From NCBI GenBank assembly GCA_964571335.1, contig CAZNAM010000001.1, forward strand, positions 1 through 26,052: a DNA stretch of 26,052 bases. Reading direction: 5' to 3'. Position 1 is the stretch's first letter. Each line of letters opens with the position of its first letter. The stretch is from an uncultured Methanosarcinales archaeon (lineage in GTDB: Archaea; Nanobdellota; Nanobdellia; Woesearchaeales; ARS49). The translations under genes were made by a program, and so were the position numbers. This document shows positions 6,362 through 13,816 of this stretch, piece by piece. The notes beneath the pieces are model-generated. The model saw nothing but the letters and a program-made list of their open reading frames with translations, did not search any database and had not been told where the DNA came from.

Positions 6362-7027
6362 TTACCTCATGAAATTCTCTCTTACAAATTCAATCATCAT
6401 ATTGTTTCCTGCAAGTTGATATGCTTTTAATGCAGTAGCTATTAAATTTTCTTTTAAGCAGACATCTCCTAATTTAGATAATTTTTCTTTGTTTCCAGAC
6501 ATCTCATATGCTTTTGCAGCATAACCTATTTGTCTTGCTGTTAATGCTTTATCTCCCACTTCAACCAATTTATTTAGATTATTTATCGCAGAAAATACTT
6601 CCATTGCATGATCCCATTTTTCTCGTCTCATACACTCTTCTCCTACTTGCATTAATTTTTCATTATCATTTAAGATTCTAAATGCTTTAATTGCTTCAGA
6701 TAATTTTCCTTCATCTAAGCATTTTTTTCCTATTCTTTTTATTTCTTCATCATTTAATGCTAATCTAAAACAGTCTATTGCTTTTTCAAATAAACCGACT
6801 TTTTCATAATCTTTTCCAATCATAACTAGTTTTTCTCTGTTTCCTGCAAGTATGAATGCTTTTACTGCTTCTGTTAATTTTCCTTTTCGAGCATATTCAT
6901 TTCCTATGGTGTTTAGAAGTCTTGTTTTTGTTTCGCTGTCAAACATGCTTAAATTAATATTATCTATTCCTTTTTCTAAAAGATTTGGTAAGATTTTTGT
7001 AAAATCATTCATTGCCTCTTTTTCCAT
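6362..7027 (-). CDS. Alpha-solenoid repeat protein (six ~29-aa helical repeats; TPR/coatomer/clathrin-like)
   Basis: Repeats of the form KL..(I/V/L)G..C...G.+..A.KA(F/Y)...GN. The start is moved from the TTG at 7039 to the ATG at 7027 because TTTAAATA (7058-7051) ends 23 nt upstream of it. Confidence 0.85.
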   Translation of the reverse strand: MEKEAMNDFTKILPNLLEKGIDNINLSMFDSETKTRLLNTIGNEYARKGKLTEAVKAFILAGNREKLVMIGKDYEKVGLFEKAIDCFRLALNDEEIKRIGKKCLDEGKLSEAIKAFRILNDNEKLMQVGEECMRREKWDHAMEVFSAINNLNKLVEVGDKALTARQIGYAAKAYEMSGNKEKLSKLGDVCLKENLIATALKAYQLAGNNMMIEFVRENFMR

Positions 7028-7138
7028 ATTTTTATTCAATAAATCTCAGATATTTAAACATTATGTTTTGGTTCAATTAGGATATATCACTGTTTGATGT
7101 CTAAAAATGTTTTAAAAAGGATAAATTAATATGAATTT

Positions 7139-7537
7139 ATGGAAATACGGGATTGGCTTATCAATTTTGTAAAAAATAGAGCTTCTTTTTACGAAGAACA
7201 ATATTTCATTGAATCCACTGATTTTGGAGTTATTCTTAAAAAAGAATCTGGTGTGAAAAAATTCATAATTAAAAATTCTCTTGATGATGCTATTTTTGAT
7301 AAGATTAAAGGTGATGATTCTGAGCTTGCTTTTGTTTGTTTAAACAAGAAGGTTGATGTTGATTGGTTAATCAATAATTGGGATAAATTAATAACACATT
7401 CTAATGTTTCTTTTATTTTTGCTAATCCTGAAACAAACGAGAAATGGATTATTTTTCCTAAAGTTCACGATACAATTACAGAAAAAAGTGCATTAAAAAC
7501 AGGTTTATATTCTTTGTTCGAGAGTATTTGTCATTGA
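7139..7537 (+). CDS. Hypothetical protein (132 aa)
   Basis: Clean ORF with a TATA-like TTTTAAAA at 7110-7117 and a globular-looking sequence (WLINNWDKL...FIFANP...KWIIFP..HD.ITEKSALK.GL.SLF). No function recognised. Confidence 0.82.
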   Translation: MEIRDWLINFVKNRASFYEEQYFIESTDFGVILKKESGVKKFIIKNSLDDAIFDKIKGDDSELAFVCLNKKVDVDWLINNWDKLITHSNVSFIFANPETNEKWIIFPKVHDTITEKSALKTGLYSLFESICH

Positions 7538-7846
7538 GTTTAACTTATTTTGTCTTCTTTTTTTAACTCTCCTCATTTTTCTTCTGTTATCTAAATGTTT
7601 GGTTGTATCAGATTTTTTTGAATGATATATTGGCTCTGTTTTTTGATAGTTTTTCACAAGTCTTTCTGAATGATATTTTTGAGCTACATATAATTTTTCT
7701 TTAAGATTTTGAACAAGAAAGATGTTGCTCGAATGAAAAGGTAACTTAATATTATGTTTACTTTTATGATTATGAACCTGAACAGGGTTTGATAAATATC
7801 TTTTTCTAACCAAATATTTATAATCAATATAGAATCCTACCACCAT
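7505..7846 (-). CDS. Hypothetical basic protein (113 aa) with Arg/Lys-rich C-terminus
   Basis: It fills an otherwise empty ~310-nt gap. TTTTTAATA (7879-7871) ends 24 nt before the ATG. Its 3' end overlaps the convergent gene by 33 nt. Confidence 0.55.
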   Translation of the reverse strand: MVVGFYIDYKYLVRKRYLSNPVQVHNHKSKHNIKLPFHSSNIFLVQNLKEKLYVAQKYHSERLVKNYQKTEPIYHSKKSDTTKHLDNRRKMRRVKKRRQNKLNSMTNTLEQRI

Positions 7847-7908
7847 AACTTAAGTTTAAAAAAATAGAAATATTAAAAAGATTTATGGTTTCTAATAAGT
7901 ATATTAAA

Positions 7909-8187
7909 TCACATTTCTTCTTCTGTATCTTCATCAGGAGCGTTTGGTACTGCTTGTTTATTTATTATCATTATATCTCCTACTGCTTTTACAAGCTGAT
8001 GAGGCACAATTACACCTTTTGCTGTTCCTAATACTCTATTCAAAAATGAATTTTTTGTTGCTTTTATTCTCCAGCTTTGTACTTTTGTTTGTGTTAATAT
8101 TGCTTCATCTACATCTCCGAAATAATCTCCTTGATCTGTGAAAACTTTCATATTAAATGTATCATTAAGTTTTTTCATTCTTAGCAT
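7909..8187 (-). CDS. PRC-barrel domain protein (CdpB-like archaeal cell-division protein candidate)
   Basis: MKVFTDQGDYFGDVDEAIL...GVIVPHQLVKAVGDIMII is a typical single PRC barrel. SD GGAGG lies 8 nt upstream. Confidence 0.9.
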   Translation of the reverse strand: MLRMKKLNDTFNMKVFTDQGDYFGDVDEAILTQTKVQSWRIKATKNSFLNRVLGTAKGVIVPHQLVKAVGDIMIINKQAVPNAPDEDTEEEM

Positions 8188-8228
8188 TTTGAATTCCTCC
8201 TTTTATGTTATTTCCTTTTTTCTTAAAG

Positions 8229-8236
8229 TATTTAAA
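8229..8236. promoter_or_regulatory. Shared bidirectional TATA element for the PRC-barrel gene (-) and the TraB operon (+)
   Basis: It reads TATTTAAA on + (23 nt before ATG 8260) and TTTAAATA on - (predicted start ~8205, just upstream of the GGAGG SD). Confidence 0.55.
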
Positions 8237-8259
8237 GATTATGGTATTCTTATATAGTT

Positions 8260-8940
8260 ATGCAGAGCATTATTTTTATTGGAACATCTCATGTTGCTAA
8301 AGATAGTGTTAAAAAGGTTAAAAAGGTAATTTCTGAGAAAAAACCAGATATTGTTGCTATTGAATTAGATAGAAACAGGCTTTTGGGTTTATTAGATAAA
8401 AAGAGTAAAAGAAAACTTTCTTTTGGAGATATCAAAAGAATTGGTTTAAAAGGCTGGCTTTTTGCTTCTATTGGTCAATGGATTCAAAAAAAAATAGGTT
8501 CTAAGATTGGGGTTTTGCCTGGTGCAGATATGCTTGCAGCTTATAATGCCGCTAAATCTGAAGGTGCAAAGATTGCTCTGGTTGATCAGGATATTGAAAA
8601 AACTCTTAAAAATTTGTCTAAAAGACTTTCTTGGAAAGAAAGATGGAATTTTGTTGTTGATTTAATAAAAGGATTTGTTTTCAAAAAAGGCATTAAGATC
8701 GATCTTTCTAAAGTTCCTGAAGATGAATTGATTGAAAAATTAATCAAAAAATTAAAGATAAGATATCCTAATATTTATGATGTTTTGATTGCTGAAAGAA
8801 ATGATGTTATTGCTAAAAATATTGCAAAATTAACTAGAAATTTTCCTGATGCAAATATTGTTGTTGTTCTTGGCGCAGGTCATGTTAAAGAAGTAAAGGA
8901 TTTGTTGAAAAAGTATTTAAAAGAGTATGATATTATTTAG
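8260..8940 (+). CDS. TraB/PrgY/GumN-family protein (soluble, no C-terminal membrane domain)
   Basis: FIGTSHV, PDIVAIELD..R, PGADMLAA, LVDQDI, LIAERND and VVVLGAGHV motifs. Confidence 0.92.
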   Translation: MQSIIFIGTSHVAKDSVKKVKKVISEKKPDIVAIELDRNRLLGLLDKKSKRKLSFGDIKRIGLKGWLFASIGQWIQKKIGSKIGVLPGADMLAAYNAAKSEGAKIALVDQDIEKTLKNLSKRLSWKERWNFVVDLIKGFVFKKGIKIDLSKVPEDELIEKLIKKLKIRYPNIYDVLIAERNDVIAKNIAKLTRNFPDANIVVVLGAGHVKEVKDLLKKYLKEYDII

Positions 8941-8943
8941 TTT

Positions 8944-9678
8944 ATGTCAAATAATTATCTGGATAAAGTTAAAAAATATTTTTGGTTTTCTTCTAAAGAG
9001 TTTAATGGTTTTATTTTAACAACTGTTATTTTTGCTTTTATTTATTCTTTTGATTCTTGGGGAATTATTACTTTTAATTTAAGTGAAGGCTTATTTAATT
9101 TATTTATAGCTGTGCTTTTATGTGGTTTTTCATTATTTGTTCATCATGCTGGTCAGCGTTTGGTCGCTTTGCATTATGGTTTTAAAACAACTCATAAAGT
9201 TTGGTGGCCAGGAATAATAATCGCACTACTTTTAGCTTTTTTAACAAAAGGACATTTTGAAATGTACGCTGCTAGTGCTGTTTTCATTACATTAATGCCT
9301 CATCATAGAATTGGAAAAGTAAGACCTGGCGAGAATATTGGTGCACTTGGTAAAATTTCGGCCGCGGGTCCTGTTTCTAATGTAATTCTTGCTTCTCTCG
9401 CAGTTATTTTAACTTGGATTGGAATCCTTCCTGAATCCATTAGTCATCCTATTTTTATGTTTAATCTTTATTTTGCTGTTTGGAATTTATTGCCATTCCC
9501 TCCTTTAGATGGTAGCAGGGTTCTTTTTTATTCAAGATTGTTTTATATCTTTTTTATTACATCTATTTTGGGTTATATCTTGTTAATTTGGTTGCTTGGA
9601 GTTTATTCCTATATTTTTGCTTTAATTATAGGTATTGTTAGTTGGTTTTTATTTTATTGGTTTTTTGAAAGTAAATAA
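8944..9678 (+). CDS. M50 / site-2-protease-like membrane protein with degenerate HExxH (HHAGQ)
   Basis: Multiple TM segments, ISAAGPVSN and NLLPFPPLDGSR (NxxPxxxxDG). The expected HExxH reads VHHAGQR. Confidence 0.85.
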   Translation: MSNNYLDKVKKYFWFSSKEFNGFILTTVIFAFIYSFDSWGIITFNLSEGLFNLFIAVLLCGFSLFVHHAGQRLVALHYGFKTTHKVWWPGIIIALLLAFLTKGHFEMYAASAVFITLMPHHRIGKVRPGENIGALGKISAAGPVSNVILASLAVILTWIGILPESISHPIFMFNLYFAVWNLLPFPPLDGSRVLFYSRLFYIFFITSILGYILLIWLLGVYSYIFALIIGIVSWFLFYWFFESK

Positions 9679-9697
9679 AAAAATTAAAAAAAATAAA

Positions 9698-10018
9698 ATG
9701 GATATTTATTCAGATTGGGGAGAATATTTGATGACTATTTTTTTAGTTATTGGTTTAGTTCTTTCTGTTGCTATTCAGAATCAAACAACTTCTTTGATTA
9801 TTATTTTCTTGTTTGGTTTATTGTTTGGAAGATTTTGGTTTAAAAAAAAACAGAGTTTAAGATATATGTTATCTTTGGTTGTTTGTAGTTTCGCTTCTGG
9901 TTATATTCTTGGCAAATTATTCGGAAATACTGGTCCAATCCTTGTTATTTTTTTCTTAGGTATGATCATTAGTTATTATATTCATAAAAAAGGCTGGATT
10001 CAAAGTGTAGATTATTGA
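9698..10018 (+). CDS. Small integral membrane protein (~106 aa, about 4 TM helices)
   Basis: Four hydrophobic stretches. The ATG at 9698 is preferred to the track start at 9635, which overlaps the previous gene. Confidence 0.8.
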   Translation: MDIYSDWGEYLMTIFLVIGLVLSVAIQNQTTSLIIIFLFGLLFGRFWFKKKQSLRYMLSLVVCSFASGYILGKLFGNTGPILVIFFLGMIISYYIHKKGWIQSVDY

Positions 10019-10083
10019 AGGGAAGCCACTAGACATTCTTTAGCATAAAGCTTTTTAAGCCTTCTATATTAGCAAATTTTGTT

Positions 10084-12306
10084 ATGTTAAATGATTTCAT
10101 TCCAAGACGTTATCAAGAAACAATTTTAGGGACTTGTTCTTTGAAAAATTGTTTGGTTGTTCTTCCTACAGGTTTAGGCAAGACGGGTATAGCTTTGCTT
10201 CTTGCTATTCAAAGATTAAAGAATTTTCCTAAATCAAAAATTTTATTTCTTGCACCTACCAAACCTTTAGTTGAACAGCATAAAATCACTTTTTTGAAAC
10301 ATCTTAAGATTGAAGAAGATAAATTAAAAATTTTCACAGGTGAAATTCCTCCTTTAAAAAGGGCTGCACTTTGGAAAGATTGTCAAATTGTTTTCTCAAC
10401 ACCCCAGGGTTTAGAAAATGATATTATTAATAAGAATATTGACTTAAAAAATGTTAGTTTAATTATTTTTGATGAAGCTCATAGGGCTGTTGGAGATTAT
10501 AGTTATGTTTTTATTGCAAAACAATATGTTAATTCTGCGGATTTTCCAAGAATTCTTGGCTTGACTGCAAGTCCAGGTAGTGATATTCTAGGCATTGAAG
10601 CTGTTTGCCAGAATCTTTTTGTTGAGTCTGTTGAAATTAGGTCTGATGAAGATCAAGATGTAGCTCCTTATATTAAAAAAAGTGATTTAAATATTCTTAA
10701 AGTTGAATTGTCTCCTGAATTGAAAAAAATTAAAACTCTTCTGGAAAAATGCATTAAGTCTCGTTTTTCTCAATTAAGTGGTTTAGGCATTAAAAGGGCA
10801 GTCACTAAAAAAGATCTTCTTGGTCAGCAAGCTCGCCTCAGAGTTATGATGTCCAAAGGTGAAAAAAGTATGGAAATTTTCAAGAGTTTAAGTGTTCTCG
10901 CAGAGGTTATGAAACTTCAGCACGCTCTTGAATTGGTAGAAACTCAAAGCCTTTCTGCTTTATTAATTTATTTTGATAAACTGATGAGCGATTCTGTAAG
11001 TTCCAGTGTCAAAGCCGTCAAAAACATTGTTATAGATCCTTCATTTAAAGAAGCACATTATCTAACAAGAGAATTATTAAAAAAAGGTGTTGAACACCCT
11101 AAACTTTCTTTGTTGAAAGAGAAGATTATTTCAATAACTAAAAAAAACAAGCTTGGAAAAGTTATTGTCTTCACTCAATTCAGGGATAGTGCTTCTCAGA
11201 TCCTCAGTACTTTAAAAAATTCAAAAAATATCAGACCTGTTATTTTTGTCGGACAAGCAAAAAAAAACGGAACTGGATTATCTCAAAAAAAACAAAAAGA
11301 GGTGTTGGATCTTTTCAGAGATGGCGAATATAATGTTTTGATTGCAACAAGTGTTGCTGAAGAAGGTTTGGATATTCCTCAGGTTGATGATGTTATTTTT
11401 TATGAACCCATCCCTAGTGCAGTTAGAACTATTCAAAGAAGAGGAAGGACTGGAAGGCATGATAAAGGCAACATCACAATTTTAGTTACAAAAAACACTC
11501 GTGATGAAGCATATAGCAATGTTGCAAGATATAAAGAGAAAAGTATGAATAATATTTTATATGATCTTAAAAGACATTTTTCTGTTTCTGGATTAAATAA
11601 TAATATGAATAATAATAACAATAAAGAATTTCAACAAACTTTAAAGACAAAAGAAAATAAGGTTCTTATTTTAGTTGATTACAGGGAAAAAGGTTCTCCT
11701 GTTATTAAACAATTATTAGAACAAGGAATAAATGTTAAACTTGAAATGCTTAATTCTGCTGATTTTATTTTAAGTCATAATTGTGGTGTTGAATTTAAAA
11801 CAACGCAGGATTTTGTTAATAGCATTATTGATGGTAGAATTATTGAACAGATGAAAAAATTAAAACAAAAGTTTGAAAAGCCTGTTTTGATTATTGAGGG
11901 TGAAGAAGATATTTATTCTCTTAGAAATATTCATCCTAATTCTATAAGAGGTATGATTGCTGCCATAACAACAGGTTATGGAATTCCTATTATTCGAAGT
12001 AAAAATGCTGAAGATACTGCAGGCATTTTGTTTAGTATTGCTAATCGTGAACAAAATAAGGATTCTTCTTTTAATATTCATTTCACAAAACCAGGGAGTA
12101 TTGAAGAACAGCTGGAATTTATAGTTAGTTCTCTGCCAAATATTGGTCCGCAGCTTGCAAAAGAGCTTTTATCTGTTTTTGGTTCTGTGAAAAATATAAT
12201 TAATGCCAACATTGAGGATTTAAGCAAAGTTAAAGGTATTGGTGATAAAACTGCCAGACAACTTAAAGATTTGATTGAAAAAAAATATATGACTTCAAAA
12301 ATTTGA
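10084..12306 (+). CDS. hef: Hef: SF2 DEAH helicase (FANCM/Mph1-like) fused to ERCC4/XPF nuclease and HhH motifs
   Basis: LPTGLGKT, LAPTKPLVEQH, DEAHRA, LGLTASPG, TSVAEEGLDIP, IQRRGRTGR; nuclease VDYRE...ADFIL...VEFKTTQDFVNSIIDGR; HhH SSLPNIGPQLA and KVKGIGDKTA. TATA TTTTTAAG (10053-10060) ends 23 nt upstream. Confidence 0.96.
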   Translation: MLNDFIPRRYQETILGTCSLKNCLVVLPTGLGKTGIALLLAIQRLKNFPKSKILFLAPTKPLVEQHKITFLKHLKIEEDKLKIFTGEIPPLKRAALWKDCQIVFSTPQGLENDIINKNIDLKNVSLIIFDEAHRAVGDYSYVFIAKQYVNSADFPRILGLTASPGSDILGIEAVCQNLFVESVEIRSDEDQDVAPYIKKSDLNILKVELSPELKKIKTLLEKCIKSRFSQLSGLGIKRAVTKKDLLGQQARLRVMMSKGEKSMEIFKSLSVLAEVMKLQHALELVETQSLSALLIYFDKLMSDSVSSSVKAVKNIVIDPSFKEAHYLTRELLKKGVEHPKLSLLKEKIISITKKNKLGKVIVFTQFRDSASQILSTLKNSKNIRPVIFVGQAKKNGTGLSQKKQKEVLDLFRDGEYNVLIATSVAEEGLDIPQVDDVIFYEPIPSAVRTIQRRGRTGRHDKGNITILVTKNTRDEAYSNVARYKEKSMNNILYDLKRHFSVSGLNNNMNNNNNKEFQQTLKTKENKVLILVDYREKGSPVIKQLLEQGINVKLEMLNSADFILSHNCGVEFKTTQDFVNSIIDGRIIEQMKKLKQKFEKPVLIIEGEEDIYSLRNIHPNSIRGMIAAITTGYGIPIIRSKNAEDTAGILFSIANREQNKDSSFNIHFTKPGSIEEQLEFIVSSLPNIGPQLAKELLSVFGSVKNIINANIEDLSKVKGIGDKTARQLKDLIEKKYMTSKI
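11596..11622 (+). repeat. Imperfect AAT trinucleotide tract encoding NNNMNNNNN in the Hef linker
   Basis: aat aat aat atg aat aat aat aac aat. Confidence 0.8.
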
Positions 12307-12369
12307 TTTTCTTTCAATACAGTAAATCACAACAATTTATTTATATCACTGACATCTATATGAATAATT

Positions 12370-13743
12370 ATGATATCTCCAAGTATGCGTTTGAAATGGT
12401 ATAAACAAAAAGCTGTGCAAGAGCACATTGTTAAAAATTCTGAAAATAAAGAGATTGCTGTTAACTTTGGAGGTGTGGGTTTTGGTAAAAGACCTGATGT
12501 AATCAAACATCCTAAAGATGTTCTTGAGTTTGCCAAAAAAGGAGCTACTTCTTTTCATTGTTCTGAAGAAACTTGGGATAATCCTCTTAATATTCAAACA
12601 GGTATGAGAAAAAAAGAATTAGATGAATTAAGGATTGGTTGGGATTTGATTCTTGACTTAGATTGTCCTGCTCTTGAACTTTCTCAAATCACAGGCCATG
12701 TTTTAATGGATGCTATAAAATATTATGGCATCAATAATTTTTCTGTTAAGTTTTCTGGAAATCATGGTTTTCACATAGGCATTCCTTTTGAAACTTTTCC
12801 TAAAACCATTAAAAAAAATCCGACTAAAAATTTATTTCCAGATGGCCCTAGAAAAATTGCTTCTTTTTTAAGAGAAAGAACTAAGCAAATTCTTGGAGAT
12901 AAAATGCTTGAATTTTATTCTTTGTCAAAAATTGCAAAACTTTCTGGAAAAGATGTTTCAGAATTATCAGATAAAGGTATTTTTAATCCTTATAATGCTG
13001 TTGAAGTTGATACTGTTTTAATTTCTTCCAGACATTTGTTTCGTATGCCTTATTCTTTTAATGAAAAATCTGGTTTGGTTTCTATTCCTGTTCTTCCAAA
13101 AGAAGTACTGTATTTTAATAAAAAAAATGCTGAATTCAACAAAGTCAACTTAGATTTGAAATTTATGGATAGAAAAAAGGTTGTTAGTGGTGAAGCTAGA
13201 AAACTTTTCATCCAAGCTTTTGATTTTGAAGAGGAAAAAAAGCAGTTTATTGAGAAAAAAGAACTATCAAAAAAGATGTATGTTGTTAATGAGGAGTTTG
13301 AAAAAATTACTGATAAAATTCCTGAAGAATTATTTCCTCCTTGTATCAAAAAAGGTCTTAAAGGGCTTATTGACGGTAAAAAAAGATTTATGTTTATTTT
13401 GATTAATTTTCTTTCATCTGTTGGCTGGAATCTTGAAGAAATTAAAGATATTTTATCCAAATGGAACAAAAGAAATGAAGAGCCTTTGAGAGAAACACTC
13501 ATTCAAGGTCAATTAAAACATAAGTTAGGAATTGGAAAAGAAGCAGTTCTTCCTCCAAATTGTGATAATAAAGCTTATATGATTGATATGCAGGTTTGTG
13601 AACCCGATAATTTTTGTAAAAAAATCAAAAATCCTGTTAATTATTCTGTTTTTAAGTATAAAAATATTAAAGCTGAAGAAAAAAAGAAACCTAAATCCAA
13701 AAAAATAAAAGAAAAAACAGAAGAATTAGAAAAAAAAGATTAA
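12370..13743 (+). CDS. priS-priL: Fused DNA primase (PriS catalytic domain + PriL C-terminal Fe-S domain)
   Basis: WDLILDLDC (DxD), VKFSGNHGFHI and SSRHLFRMPYSFNEKSG (PriS), followed by FPPCI...PPNC...VC.PDNFC..IKNPVNY (four Cys, PriL-CTD). Confidence 0.93.
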   Translation: MISPSMRLKWYKQKAVQEHIVKNSENKEIAVNFGGVGFGKRPDVIKHPKDVLEFAKKGATSFHCSEETWDNPLNIQTGMRKKELDELRIGWDLILDLDCPALELSQITGHVLMDAIKYYGINNFSVKFSGNHGFHIGIPFETFPKTIKKNPTKNLFPDGPRKIASFLRERTKQILGDKMLEFYSLSKIAKLSGKDVSELSDKGIFNPYNAVEVDTVLISSRHLFRMPYSFNEKSGLVSIPVLPKEVLYFNKKNAEFNKVNLDLKFMDRKKVVSGEARKLFIQAFDFEEEKKQFIEKKELSKKMYVVNEEFEKITDKIPEELFPPCIKKGLKGLIDGKKRFMFILINFLSSVGWNLEEIKDILSKWNKRNEEPLRETLIQGQLKHKLGIGKEAVLPPNCDNKAYMIDMQVCEPDNFCKKIKNPVNYSVFKYKNIKAEEKKKPKSKKIKEKTEELEKKD

Positions 13744-13775
13744 TTCTTTGTTTTTCACTGCTTCGTTGCTTCACA

Positions 13776-13793
13776 AAACGTAATCTTTATAAA
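13776..13793 (+). promoter_or_regulatory. BRE + TATA box of the ribosomal protein superoperon
   Basis: AAAACGTAATC-TTTATAAA. The 23-nt spacing seen at other promoters here places the start at G13817. Confidence 0.75.
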
Positions 13794-13816
13794 GTAAATA
13801 CTAATTTTTCTGGTTT

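Noticed and set aside
7540-7600. RRKMRRVKKRR as ribosomal protein eL41
   Set aside because: It lacks the KW(R/K)KK motif and has no independent start or RBS. It is just the tail of the 113-aa ORF.
11740-11830. Hef nuclease motif reading EFK instead of ERK as a sign of inactivation
   Set aside because: The acidic and Lys residues of the D...ExK motif are retained, so there are no grounds to call it inactive.
12327-12597. Minus-strand ORFs 12327-12536 and 12346-12597
   Set aside because: They are antisense to the well-supported primase gene and have no protein-like motifs.
13745-13782. GCTTC direct repeat with flanking GTTTT/AAAAC after the primase gene as a REP-like element or hairpin terminator
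   Set aside because: It occurs once, pairs weakly and is adequately explained as a T-rich terminator region adjoining the promoter.
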